From a virus, in IMG/VR virus record IMGVR_UViG_3300025141_016375, positions 1 through 64,000 of that record: 64,000 bases of DNA; one strand, given 5' to 3'. The notes under the pieces were generated by a model. The model saw only the letters and a list, made by a program, of their open reading frames with translations. It made no database searches and had not been told where the DNA came from. The translations under genes and the position numbers were made by a program. Below, one piece after another: positions 17,071 through 26,676 of the stretch (the stretch's first letter is position 1; the number at the start of each line of letters is the position of its first letter).

Positions 17071-17726
17071 AACATGAACCCTATGAATTATGGTGGGAAA
17101 ATAATTTGGGAAAATCCTATGACCATGCAGGCACCCAACACGAAGCTCCCGATGAAGATGGGTTTATAACGTGGATGGGAGATCCTTTTGCTATGGATCG
17201 CCAACAGGTAAGGAGACTCCTAGATCCCAATATTAAAACATTTTTGGATGTGGGTTGCGGTGCGGCCCCCGAGTATATCGGACTGCAGCAGAGCCACCCC
17301 GACATTGAATACCATGGCGTCGATATTACTCCACGTTTAGTTTCGTATTGCACCAATAAGGGAATTGATGTGGTTTTTGGCACGGCGCGAAATCTGCCCT
17401 TTGATGATGCATCGATGGATGCTGTACATGCGCGCCATGTTCTAGAGCACATGGCAGATTTTAAAGAACCCTTAGCAGAATTCATTAGAGTGGCCCGCCA
17501 AAAGGTTTATATAGCTTTTTTCATTTCTCCCATTTTAAGCCCCACCAGTCGCATTACTGATATATCACAATTGGACATTCCTTGTTATAATAATGCATAT
17601 AGTTTGTCGGAAATAAAAGATTTTTTAGCGAGTAGCACTAAAGTAAAAAGCTATGAATGGTATAGTTTGGGAGGGCATAGTAAATGTTTGCTATCCATAG
17701 ATATAATAGATATAAAGAAAGCGTAA
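17067..17726 (+). CDS. Class I SAM-dependent methyltransferase
   Basis: FLDVGCG, GVDI, LPFDDASMD and HVLEH. Confidence 0.9.
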   Translation: MKHEPYELWWENNLGKSYDHAGTQHEAPDEDGFITWMGDPFAMDRQQVRRLLDPNIKTFLDVGCGAAPEYIGLQQSHPDIEYHGVDITPRLVSYCTNKGIDVVFGTARNLPFDDASMDAVHARHVLEHMADFKEPLAEFIRVARQKVYIAFFISPILSPTSRITDISQLDIPCYNNAYSLSEIKDFLASSTKVKSYEWYSLGGHSKCLLSIDIIDIKKA

Positions 17727-17753
17727 GCTGAATATTCAATACCCTCGCACTGT

Positions 17754-18329
17754 GTGAACAGCAACGAAAGAGAAGGAGTTATTAAAATGATAAATGGACA
17801 AACGAGATTCGTGTTAGACGAACTGGCACAAGAAGGTATCAAATCCGTCTTAAATATAGGATTCAGATATGATTCAGATAAAACTGTTAGAGATTCGGTT
17901 CACTCTAGGGGAGGAACTTTTTCTGTTTTAGAAGCGTATGGGCCTAATTGCGCAGATATGCGTATAAAAAATACTGCGGATACTGTGTATGAAAAAGATG
18001 TGCGAAACATTGCGGAGTTAGATGCGGAGTGGGATGCTATTATTTGGCTTCATGGTCCCGAACATGTTTATTGGAATGAATTTGTGGAGATACGAGAAGA
18101 GATTGAGAAAAAAGCTAAAAAACTTGTGCTCTATCAAGCTCCCATTGGAGAATATCCTCAAGACGCTCTTTATGGCAACCCATATGAAAAACATGTGGAG
18201 GCCCTAACCCCAGAAATGTTCTGGCACCTTGGATATGAAATAGTAGTCCACAATGGTAAAAAAACCCATGCGTATGATTTTGTTGAAGGAGAGTTGACGT
18301 TTTCCGCGGTACACAGAGTGGAGGGTTAA
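17754..18329 (+). CDS. Divergent SAM-dependent methyltransferase-like protein
   Basis: SVLNIG, VLEAY, DVRNI and DAIIWLHGPEH. Confidence 0.6.
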   Translation: MNSNEREGVIKMINGQTRFVLDELAQEGIKSVLNIGFRYDSDKTVRDSVHSRGGTFSVLEAYGPNCADMRIKNTADTVYEKDVRNIAELDAEWDAIIWLHGPEHVYWNEFVEIREEIEKKAKKLVLYQAPIGEYPQDALYGNPYEKHVEALTPEMFWHLGYEIVVHNGKKTHAYDFVEGELTFSAVHRVEG

Positions 18330-19184
18330 TTGTCAAAACTTTTAATAATTCAAGAAAATGGTCGTCATGACGCCAATCGTCATATGCGAGAGTGTTTTTC
18401 ACTTCAACATGGGCTCGCTTCGCATGGTATCGAATCGATTATTTGGGGTCTCGGCCACGACAATTTCTCTATTCCTTTTGAAGATATAGTTGCAGATTGT
18501 GATGCCATCTTATCAATTGAGAATTATGATACCGGGTGGATGCCAAGCTTGGCCGACATAAAAAAAACCAAGTTGTTTTGGAGCATCGACTCTCATTGTG
18601 CGCTTCGACAACATCAACATTTTTGCCACCATGCTAAAATTGATATTCTTTTGAACTCTACGCCTCATTATAATCAATTTTATTCTAATTTAGTTAAAAA
18701 ACGAGTGTGGTTTCCCAATGCAGTGGATTTAAGATGGTTTAGCCCGTTGGAGTGCGAAAAAAAGCACGATGTAGGGTTTTGCGGAAGCTTGATTCACGAT
18801 AGAAAACAGTGGCTTAACACCATTCACCAGCAACTACCAGTACGCGTGGGTACGGGAATATTAGGCCGCGCAATGATTGAAGAGGTTAATTCTTATCGGG
18901 TGTCACTTAATAAGTCAATTGATATAGACATACCATATAGAGTTTTTGAGATGACGGCATGCCGCTTACCTTTGGTGACAAATTATGTTCCCAACTTGGA
19001 GAGACTCTATGAACTGGGAAAAGAAATCGAAGTATATCAAACAGTTGAGGAATTGATTGCGACGACGACACGATTATTAGAAAACGAGGAAGAGCGCCAC
19101 GCATTGGCGCAAGCGGGATATGCTCGCACATTAAGAGACCATAACTATGAAATACGAGCGCGTCAATTAGTGGGACTTTTTTAA
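18330..19184 (+). CDS. CgeB-like GT-B glycosyltransferase
   Basis: DVGFCGS, RVFEMTAC and LRDHNY..R; TTG start abutting the previous stop. Confidence 0.85.
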   Translation: MSKLLIIQENGRHDANRHMRECFSLQHGLASHGIESIIWGLGHDNFSIPFEDIVADCDAILSIENYDTGWMPSLADIKKTKLFWSIDSHCALRQHQHFCHHAKIDILLNSTPHYNQFYSNLVKKRVWFPNAVDLRWFSPLECEKKHDVGFCGSLIHDRKQWLNTIHQQLPVRVGTGILGRAMIEEVNSYRVSLNKSIDIDIPYRVFEMTACRLPLVTNYVPNLERLYELGKEIEVYQTVEELIATTTRLLENEEERHALAQAGYARTLRDHNYEIRARQLVGLF

Positions 19185-19987
19185 TGCCAGACTTTCATAT
19201 TCAAGAAATATCTCATTTCGCCGAGGATGCACATTATTCATCCTCTTTGTTAGCCGTTCAACATCATATGGGCCTAGGCGATCATATACATTTATCCGGG
19301 CTCGTGCGCTATACAGTGGTGGAATTGGGTTTCGAGGAAGTGCTTTTGTTTTGCAAAGAAGTTTATTATCAAACAATGACTAGGCTTTATGCGGACGACG
19401 AACGGATAACAGTAGTATCAGTGGGAGACATTTATGGAGGCTTGTCGGAAACTGGTTTAGTAAGAAAACACCTTGAAAGTCTTGGCAGATCGTGTGTTTA
19501 TCTGCGCTTAGGCTTTGAGCGCTATCCCGGGCAACTAGCTAACAAATTTGGCTATCCGAGTTTCATTTTTTATGATTTGGCTTGTATTTCTCGCGACGTA
19601 CGATGGGAATATTTTAAATTTTCACGCAACCGTCGCGAAGAAAGCCGCCTTTATAAAAAATTGAATCCAAAGGACGTCCCTTATATTTTTGTACATGATG
19701 ACCCATCTCGCGGCTTTAATATCCCCCTTGAAAGAGTGCTAAAAGCCTCCCCTTTTGCGGACGACAAGCTAGTAATTCGAAATGACATGTCCGAAAATAT
19801 ATTAGATTTTGGCGCTATTTTAGAGAATTCCGCGGAGATTCATTGTATGGGGAGCGCTCTATTTTGTTTGGCGGATATGTTATCTCTAGAGCATCCAAGT
19901 TGTTTTTATCACAATATCCGGCCCGTATTCTCTGAATCAGAAATATTACACCAGGACACTCGAAACGAATGGAGTTGGGTACCGTAA
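19184..19987 (+). CDS. Putative glycosyltransferase-like protein (GLGD motif)
   Basis: HHMGLGDHI, YIFVHDD..RG and AEIHCMGS; cluster context. Confidence 0.55.
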   Translation: MPDFHIQEISHFAEDAHYSSSLLAVQHHMGLGDHIHLSGLVRYTVVELGFEEVLLFCKEVYYQTMTRLYADDERITVVSVGDIYGGLSETGLVRKHLESLGRSCVYLRLGFERYPGQLANKFGYPSFIFYDLACISRDVRWEYFKFSRNRREESRLYKKLNPKDVPYIFVHDDPSRGFNIPLERVLKASPFADDKLVIRNDMSENILDFGAILENSAEIHCMGSALFCLADMLSLEHPSCFYHNIRPVFSESEILHQDTRNEWSWVP

Positions 19988-20424
19988 TGGAGAAGCTACT
20001 TCAAATAGACGAAGGAAACAAGTCGTTGATCGAAGAGTTTCAGCGGACAGCCGGTTCCTCGTTAAAAACATTTAGATATTTTGAATCTCGGCCGGTGGAC
20101 ATCATCCAACAGCACTTGATAACATATATTATGACAGGTGAAAGTGGCGAAATCATCGGCTATGGCCATTTAGACCTGGAAGACAACGTTGTCTGGCTTG
20201 GAATATGTATAGTAGAAACTCAGTTGCGTTCCGGTTACGGGAAAAAAATGATGAAGGCTTTAATCGCTTTTGCTGATAACAACTCTGTTCAGACGATCAC
20301 TTTGTCGGTTGACAAAAAAAACGAAGCAGCGTACGCGCTATATAAAAGCTTAGGCTTCCAGAGAACCGGTCATGATAAAACAGTGTACTTTATGAAATTA
20401 GAATTAGGAGAAACAGATGGCTGA
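19987..20424 (+). CDS. GNAT-family N-acetyltransferase
   Basis: RSGYGKKMM (acetyl-CoA motif A) and N..AYALYKSLGF; TAATG coupling to the previous gene. Confidence 0.9.
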   Translation: MEKLLQIDEGNKSLIEEFQRTAGSSLKTFRYFESRPVDIIQQHLITYIMTGESGEIIGYGHLDLEDNVVWLGICIVETQLRSGYGKKMMKALIAFADNNSVQTITLSVDKKNEAAYALYKSLGFQRTGHDKTVYFMKLELGETDG

Positions 20425-20725
20425 TACATTGGGCGGTTTAATTGATAAACTAATCACGGTTGATATGAAGATGTGGAATAATCAGGAATTTCTTTATGAG
20501 GTAAGGAAAATGAGCTTTAAAGAATTTGAAAAAAAGTTTACCACCACGGAAAATGCACGAAATGAACTGTTTGAGTCTATAAAAAAATGCTGCGATCTAA
20601 ACGCACAAAGAAATCAACTCATTGATGAGGTAGATGAAAAAATTGTAGAAATGATGGGAGCTTATATCGCGGGGAAAGACTTAGATGACGGAAAATACAT
20701 TCAACGCAAACACAAGACCTATTAG
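20417..20725 (+). CDS. DUF4254-like helical protein
   Basis: TLGGLIDKL..DMKMW and DLNAQRNQLIDEVD; AGGAG RBS. Confidence 0.55.
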   Translation: MADTLGGLIDKLITVDMKMWNNQEFLYEVRKMSFKEFEKKFTTTENARNELFESIKKCCDLNAQRNQLIDEVDEKIVEMMGAYIAGKDLDDGKYIQRKHKTY

Positions 20726-20740
20726 GACAAAACACACGAA

Positions 20741-21415
20741 ATGAAAAAATGTTTTTATATACGTATAACTAAAAATGCCTGTCAAACGGTTTTTCATTTG
20801 TTTAAGAATGAAAGGGGCTTCATAAATCCCCATGCAGGCCCTACCCCGTATTATCGTAGTCCGATTGATGAATCTTTGGCACGCGAGAAAGATCGCAATT
20901 TATATCCTTTTGATTTTGAGCGGAGTGATGTGATTACGTTTAGTTTTGTGCGCAATCCTTATGATCGTGCCGTTTCTTCTTGGAAACATAGTCTTCGGGA
21001 AAACTGGACCACGTTGAAGTTTTTGGATTATTTAAAAAGGCTCCCGGCGTTAATTCCAGCCCAATCGGATTCTTTGAATGACAATGATTATGCAATTAGA
21101 CGCCATACAATGCCTCAATACCAATGGCTCAGTAATCAAGGGGGAGAGTATATTGTAGATTTTATTGGGCGGGTGGAGCACTTAACTGAACATGTACGCT
21201 TTTTTGGAAAAAAAATGGGGATGGAAACTTTTCCTTCTTCGCTGGGGCGACTTAACTCTTCGCGCCCTGTCAATGATGGGTATGTTAAATATTATTCCTC
21301 TGAAGAAAAAAAATATGTAGAAGAAATTTATGGAAGGGATATCCATCAATTTGGATATGAGTTTGGCGCCCCCGAGCCGTCAAGTGTTTGTTACTCGCGC
21401 CTAGGAGGAGAATAA
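20741..21415 (+). CDS. Carbohydrate sulfotransferase (Sulfotransfer_2-like)
   Basis: 5'-PSB-like IRITKNACQT, 3'-PB FVRNPYDRAVSSW, H..PQ, DFIGRVE and Y..DI..FGY. Confidence 0.85.
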   Translation: MKKCFYIRITKNACQTVFHLFKNERGFINPHAGPTPYYRSPIDESLAREKDRNLYPFDFERSDVITFSFVRNPYDRAVSSWKHSLRENWTTLKFLDYLKRLPALIPAQSDSLNDNDYAIRRHTMPQYQWLSNQGGEYIVDFIGRVEHLTEHVRFFGKKMGMETFPSSLGRLNSSRPVNDGYVKYYSSEEKKYVEEIYGRDIHQFGYEFGAPEPSSVCYSRLGGE

Positions 21416-21422
21416 GAGAAAT

Positions 21423-22658
21423 ATGACTATGCGAATTCCCGCTGCTTGTGTCGTACATGAGCTAGGATATGTGGTGTTAGACGATGAAACGAGAAAAGCC
21501 TATCGTGTGGTCACACACCCAGTGTTCGAGTTTATAACTTCAGAGGCTTATAAGAAGAAAGAAAATGAATATTGGCCAGCAACGCGACCCGTTTCTGTGA
21601 CTCATGAATTATTTAAAGATGATGCCACTTACAAAACTGTTGAAGTGGACTACGTGGATCATATGGTATATTGGCCCGAAATGTCCGCGCGGGATATTAA
21701 AATGTGTCTTTTGTTTTTGTGTGATGTTTCAAAATATTTGGCGCAAAACAATTTGTGTTTGGGATCCCACATGTGGAATATTACATTGACCGGTGGACGC
21801 CCCCTTCTTATAGATTTAGGTGATTTTTTTCATGGCGTAAACAAACAATATGTTTATCGCACCATCGTTAGTCATCTAGTTCCTCCTTTCACGGATAATC
21901 ATACCCCTTTGCGTCCCGAAAAATGGATGACAAACTATGATGAAATATTGGTTCAAATAAAGAACATTGAGGGTCTGGTTCGAACACCGTCAGCCAGCGG
22001 CGTTCAAATTGCCGAAGAATTAAAACGTTGCTTGTCCAATATTATCCCTCGCGAAGCTTCCCATATTTGGGATAGTTATCCGGCACAAAAAAAGATGCCC
22101 ACTGACATTGAAACTTTAGAAAGTTACGCCCAGAACATGCGTCCCAATTTGTGCGCTAGGATTAAGCAAAAAGCCCCCCAGACCCTTTTGGATTTGGGCT
22201 GCGCGCGAGGATTGTATTCTCTTTTCGCTGCAATTCAGGGCGCTTCGGTAGTAGGTCTTGATTATAGCCATGAAATGATAGGGGACGCCAATCAGAAAAG
22301 TGCCGCTTTAAAATTAAAATGCCACTTTGCTTTCATAGATTTGCTTGACATTAAAAAATGGGGGTTAGGAGGCGGTTATGGAGATTGTCTATCACGCTTT
22401 AAAAGCGATGCGGTTATCGCCCCCGCGTTGATTCACCACGTGCATGGGAAAAATAAACCTCTCGAAATATTGATCACGGAGTGGGCAAACGCCGCCACGC
22501 AATGGATTATGGTAGAGTATATTCCTCTCGATGTTAATAATCAACCAATCGACTTAAACACGATAACGGACACTTTACATGACCTAGGATTTAAAAATAT
22601 AGATATATTGAATTCTCATCCTGCCCCTAGGAAGTGGATTTTTGCAGAAAAGACTTAA
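21423..22658 (+). CDS. NoeA-like protein: degenerate kinase-like N-domain plus SAM methyltransferase
   Basis: N-terminal YWPEMS, HMWNI and PLLIDLG; C-terminal LLDLGCARG, GLD, ALIHH and VEY. Confidence 0.7.
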   Translation: MTMRIPAACVVHELGYVVLDDETRKAYRVVTHPVFEFITSEAYKKKENEYWPATRPVSVTHELFKDDATYKTVEVDYVDHMVYWPEMSARDIKMCLLFLCDVSKYLAQNNLCLGSHMWNITLTGGRPLLIDLGDFFHGVNKQYVYRTIVSHLVPPFTDNHTPLRPEKWMTNYDEILVQIKNIEGLVRTPSASGVQIAEELKRCLSNIIPREASHIWDSYPAQKKMPTDIETLESYAQNMRPNLCARIKQKAPQTLLDLGCARGLYSLFAAIQGASVVGLDYSHEMIGDANQKSAALKLKCHFAFIDLLDIKKWGLGGGYGDCLSRFKSDAVIAPALIHHVHGKNKPLEILITEWANAATQWIMVEYIPLDVNNQPIDLNTITDTLHDLGFKNIDILNSHPAPRKWIFAEKT

Positions 22659-22671
22659 AGATATTTGACTT

Positions 22672-23772
22672 ATGATTCCTATTTATAAACCTTATTTGCC
22701 TTCTCACTCGCTGAGACATGCGCATGCCGCGATTGACTCTACGTGGATCTCTTTTAACGGCCCATACGTGGAGCGCGCAACAGAGAAGTTGCGCGAATTA
22801 TTAGGAGTGAAATATGTCCAGCTTGTCAACAATGGCACCGCAGCTACTCATTTAGTAGCGAAAGGGCTTTTTTATAAGCATCCCAATATCACTAAAGTTA
22901 TTGTACCTAATAATGTGTATGTCGCTGCATGGAATGCTTTTGTTTATGATAAAAACTTTGATCTTGTGCCCATCGATGCTGATGTGGCAACCTGGAATAT
23001 GAACATCGAGGCCGCAAGTCATTTATTAGATGACAATAATACAGCGCTGTACGCGGTACATAATTTAGGCAATACAATTAACATTCCGGCACTTAAGCGT
23101 AGATTTGGGAAGTGCGTCTTTGTAGAAGATAATTGCGAAGGGTTTATGGGAACCTACGAAGGAAAGTATTCTGGTACCGAATCTTTGGCCTCTTCAGTGT
23201 CTTTTTTTGGCAATAAAACAATCACTTCAGGAGAGGGCGGCGCCGTTATTACCAACGATGAAGACGTTTTTAAACATGTCAAATCCGTTCACGGCCAAGG
23301 ACAGGCACCAACTAAAAAATACATTCATGATAGACTTGGCCATAACTATAGAATGACAAATGTGCAAGCTGCGATTTTATTAGGCCAGTTAGAAATCTTA
23401 CCAGAAATTTTAGAAAAGAAGAAGAATATATTTGATTTTTACAAAAAAGAATTTGCTCTGATGAGAAATGTTGAAGTTCAACAAGTCGAAGAGGGGTGCA
23501 CTCCTTCCAACTGGATGATGGGAGTGCGCCTACGATCTAGGGGAGGTTACGCCTCTTTGCAGAATTTTCTCGCTGATAAGGGCATTGACTCACGACCGAT
23601 GTTTTATCCCATGTCTTCGCACTCTCATTTGAAACATGTTGCTTCCCCCACCAGGGAAAAGGGGGCTAAAATACTTCACAAAGAGGGTGCAATTCTCCCC
23701 TCCTTCCCTGAATTAACGCATAATGAACTTGTCCACATTGTGGCTTCTATTGAGGAATACGCCAACAAATGA
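22672..23772 (+). CDS. DegT/DnrJ PLP aminotransferase, GDP-perosamine synthase-like
   Basis: NNGTAA, EDNCE, SFFGNKTITSGEGG (PLP lysine), NYRMTNVQAA, RPMFYP and LPS; translationally coupled to gmd. Confidence 0.9.
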   Translation: MIPIYKPYLPSHSLRHAHAAIDSTWISFNGPYVERATEKLRELLGVKYVQLVNNGTAATHLVAKGLFYKHPNITKVIVPNNVYVAAWNAFVYDKNFDLVPIDADVATWNMNIEAASHLLDDNNTALYAVHNLGNTINIPALKRRFGKCVFVEDNCEGFMGTYEGKYSGTESLASSVSFFGNKTITSGEGGAVITNDEDVFKHVKSVHGQGQAPTKKYIHDRLGHNYRMTNVQAAILLGQLEILPEILEKKKNIFDFYKKEFALMRNVEVQQVEEGCTPSNWMMGVRLRSRGGYASLQNFLADKGIDSRPMFYPMSSHSHLKHVASPTREKGAKILHKEGAILPSFPELTHNELVHIVASIEEYANK

Positions 23773-24740
23773 AAGCGATAATAACCGGAGTAACAGGACA
23801 AGATGGGTCATATTTGGCGGAATTGTTATTAAAAAAAGGCTATGAGGTGATCGGATTAAAAAGGCGCTCTTCCACTATTTGTACCGAGCGTATCGATCCC
23901 ATTTACGAGCATCCTAACTTCTATTTGCGTTATTTTAATTTAAACGATAGTGGGTGTTTTTGGAGACTTTTGCTGGAATATCAACCGGATGAAGTGTACA
24001 ATTTGGGGGCCCAATCTCATGTGAAAGTCTCTTTCGAAACTCCCGAAGAAACCGTGAAGAGCATCGCTTTGGGAACTTTGCGCCAACTAGAAGCTATTCG
24101 TACGATCAATCCGGCCATTCGCTTCTATCAAGCCTCTTCCTCTGAGATGTTTGGAATTAATGTAAATTATCCTTATAACGAGGAATCGGTTTCGATCCCA
24201 GCTTCCCCCTATGCATGTGCTAAAGTATTTGCGCACAATTTAGTTAAAAATTATAGAGCTAGTTATGGGCTTTATGCGTGTAGTGGTATTCTTTTCAACC
24301 ATGAATCGCCCCGTCGAGGCGAAACCTTCGTCACTCGGAAAATTTCCTTAGCTGCAGCTAAAATTAAATTAGGACTACAGGATAAATTATATTTGGGGAA
24401 CTTAGAAGGAAAGCGAGATTGGGGATTTGCAGGAGATTATGTAGAAGCAATGTGGCTCATGATGCAGCAACAACATCCCGAAGATTTTGTTATTGCCACG
24501 GGCATAATGAAGTCTGTACAAGATTTTGTAGAATGCGTTTTTGATTATGCTAAACTGGACTATAAAAAATATGTGGCAGTTGATGATCAGCTGAAACGTC
24601 CCCAAGAGGTACCGGCTCTACAAGGTGATTATTCTAAGGCCCAAAAAATATTGAAATGGGGCCCTCGCGTTACTTTTGAGGAATTAGCAGTGATGATGTA
24701 TGAATCGGACTTACAAAAGCTACAAAGGAAGACGAGATGA
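23769..24740 (+). CDS. gmd: GDP-mannose 4,6-dehydratase
   Basis: ITGVTGQDGSYLAELLL, AQSHVKVSF, YQASSSE, SPYACAK, NHESPRRGETFVTRKI and RDWG. Confidence 0.97.
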   Translation: MKAIITGVTGQDGSYLAELLLKKGYEVIGLKRRSSTICTERIDPIYEHPNFYLRYFNLNDSGCFWRLLLEYQPDEVYNLGAQSHVKVSFETPEETVKSIALGTLRQLEAIRTINPAIRFYQASSSEMFGINVNYPYNEESVSIPASPYACAKVFAHNLVKNYRASYGLYACSGILFNHESPRRGETFVTRKISLAAAKIKLGLQDKLYLGNLEGKRDWGFAGDYVEAMWLMMQQQHPEDFVIATGIMKSVQDFVECVFDYAKLDYKKYVAVDDQLKRPQEVPALQGDYSKAQKILKWGPRVTFEELAVMMYESDLQKLQRKTR

Positions 24741-25090
24741 GTGTTGAAATGAAAGAAATTTCCTATGAAATTAAAAAGAATACAATTGCTATTGATTTTG
24801 ATGGCGTTTTACATCAATATTCTAAAGGGTGGCAAGGGCTGTACAATGCTTATGACCCGCCTATGAAAGGGGCCGTTGCGGCCATTAAAAAACTGAAAGC
24901 CTCTGGCTATCGTCTGGTGATTTTTTCTAGTCGGGCAGTCCCGGTGATCCAAGAGTGGCTTCACAAATATGATTTAGATGATTGTTTCGAAGAGGTCACA
25001 AACACTAAAATCCCAGCCCGTGTTTATATAGATGATCGTGCTTATCATTTCGACACATGGGAAAAAACGATGGAGGACTTGTTTGATTGA
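24737..25090 (+). CDS. Small cap-less HAD-family phosphatase
   Basis: IDFDGVL, FSSR, and K...YIDDRA. Confidence 0.85.
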   Translation: MSVEMKEISYEIKKNTIAIDFDGVLHQYSKGWQGLYNAYDPPMKGAVAAIKKLKASGYRLVIFSSRAVPVIQEWLHKYDLDDCFEEVTNTKIPARVYIDDRAYHFDTWEKTMEDLFD

Positions 25091-25817
25091 TTCGAGCAAA
25101 AGAAGCTGGAGCAAAGCCGGAAGTTGGAAAGTATTGGGGTTTCTCGTTCTTTCCTCTCTTGCTTATGCCGCCACAGGCTCTTTAAAGCAAACTTCTGTAG
25201 TGGCCATCGTTTATCAGTTGGTAATGCTAGCCCTATTTGTGATTCATGAAAAGGTATGGAATAAGATCCAGTGGGGAAAAACAAGTGGTTTATTTATCCA
25301 AATGACAGGTATGAGCGGCGCCGGTAAGACCACTTTGGCCAAAAGCGTAGGGCAAAATTTACAGAAACAAGGGATCAAAGTGGAGGTAATCGATGGCGAT
25401 GAATATAGAACAAATTTATGTCAAGATTTGGGATTTACACGGCAAGATAGAGAGGAAAATATACGAAGGCTATCGTTTGTGGGGAAAGTACTTGGCCGCA
25501 ATAATGTAGTATGCATTATGTCGGCTATTAATCCCTATAATACAACGCGTAGCCATATTAAACAAGCCTCTCCTAATTCTAAATTAGTATATATTAAATG
25601 CGATTTGGAAGAATTAAAAAAACGAGACACCAAAGGTCTTTACGAGAGAGCGCTCCTTCCCGATGGAGACCCAAATAAGGTTTATAATTTTACCGGGATT
25701 TCCGATCCCTTTGATGTCCCAGCCGACCCAGATTTAATTATTGAAACCGACAAAGAATCTTTAACTAATTCCATAATCAAATTGGAAAAATTAATTTTAA
25801 AAAGTATTGGAGGATAA
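25083..25817 (+). CDS. cysC: Adenylyl-sulfate (APS) kinase with N-terminal DUF2061-like membrane domain
   Basis: TTG start after GGAGGA. N-terminal RSWSKAGSWK...HEKVWNKIQWG; kinase motifs TGMSGAGKTT, DGD, LGFTRQDREENIRR, RDTKGLY and FTGISDP. Confidence 0.95.
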   Translation: MIDSSKRSWSKAGSWKVLGFLVLSSLAYAATGSLKQTSVVAIVYQLVMLALFVIHEKVWNKIQWGKTSGLFIQMTGMSGAGKTTLAKSVGQNLQKQGIKVEVIDGDEYRTNLCQDLGFTRQDREENIRRLSFVGKVLGRNNVVCIMSAINPYNTTRSHIKQASPNSKLVYIKCDLEELKKRDTKGLYERALLPDGDPNKVYNFTGISDPFDVPADPDLIIETDKESLTNSIIKLEKLILKSIGG

Positions 25818-25818
25818 T

Positions 25819-26109
25819 ATGAGAGATATTACGATGACAGATCAAGCTGTAGGCGCTGTAATGATGGCGTTGCAGAAAAGTTTAATGGAACAAAGCGACA
25901 TTGTTCCGGTACTCAAGGGCTTCAAATTTGCCGCTACACAAGAAGGGTTGACGGTGATTAACCCGCCTTTGGTTAAGTTTAATGAGGAGACAACGGAGAT
26001 TTTCCGCGAGGCCCAGCGCAATGAGTTGAGTGAAGTGTCCACTAGCGAAAGGGCGTCCGATCCCGGGGGCTTTGATGTTGTGACGACACAGCCTACTACT
26101 TCGGATTAA
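25819..26109 (+). CDS. Hypothetical protein
   Basis: GGAGG RBS before the ATG at 25819. Confidence 0.7.
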   Translation: MRDITMTDQAVGAVMMALQKSLMEQSDIVPVLKGFKFAATQEGLTVINPPLVKFNEETTEIFREAQRNELSEVSTSERASDPGGFDVVTTQPTTSD

Positions 26110-26110
26110 G

Positions 26111-26359
26111 ATGCCCATATATTTATATGACTGTCGTGGGTGTAAAATTAGTTTTACAATAAGACATGGAATGGACGAGACATGCGCAGAATGCTTAACG
26201 TGCGGTTCTGATAATGTCGTACGCCTTCCTGCTGATTTTACCAATCGTTCTAAATCCATTGTGCGTTCTAAAAAAGTGGGAGATACAACTAAAGATTTTA
26301 TAGAAAGTGCGAGACAAGATTTAAAAACACAAAAAGAGGAACTAGAGGAACAAAGATGA
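26111..26359 (+). CDS. FmdB-family zinc-ribbon protein
   Basis: MPIYLYDCRGC...CLTCGS. Confidence 0.85.
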   Translation: MPIYLYDCRGCKISFTIRHGMDETCAECLTCGSDNVVRLPADFTNRSKSIVRSKKVGDTTKDFIESARQDLKTQKEELEEQR

Positions 26360-26676
26360 ATTGGGCTATTTTTTATTTAAGCTTATCATTGATTTTTAAT
26401 GTACTGTTTATTTGGTATATTATTAAAATGATCAAACGCGTTTTAGCCTTTCAAGATCGATTAGATGATTTTGTAGAGAGCTTAGAGACCTATGAAGGCC
26501 ATGTGGATGTCATCTATAATCTGGAAACATATTATGGCGATGAAACATTGGGCAATCTTTTAAGGCACTCTAAAGCTGTTGTTGAAGAATGCCAAGAGTT
26601 CAGAGCGCTATATTATGGCGAAGAATCAGTCAAGTTTGATGATTATAATGAACTGGAGATCGTTGATGGCCCGTAA
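26356..26676 (+). CDS. Membrane-anchored hypothetical protein
   Basis: N-terminal hydrophobic helix WAIFYLSLSLIFNVLFIWYII followed by a helical soluble region. Confidence 0.7.
   Translation: MNWAIFYLSLSLIFNVLFIWYIIKMIKRVLAFQDRLDDFVESLETYEGHVDVIYNLETYYGDETLGNLLRHSKAVVEECQEFRALYYGEESVKFDDYNELEIVDGP

Noticed and set aside
12371-25817. Bacterial O-antigen locus or eukaryotic giant-virus origin
   Set aside because: There is no flippase, polymerase or ABC exporter, and the cluster is embedded among myovirus baseplate genes with Shine-Dalgarno sites, a sigma factor and a tmRNA.
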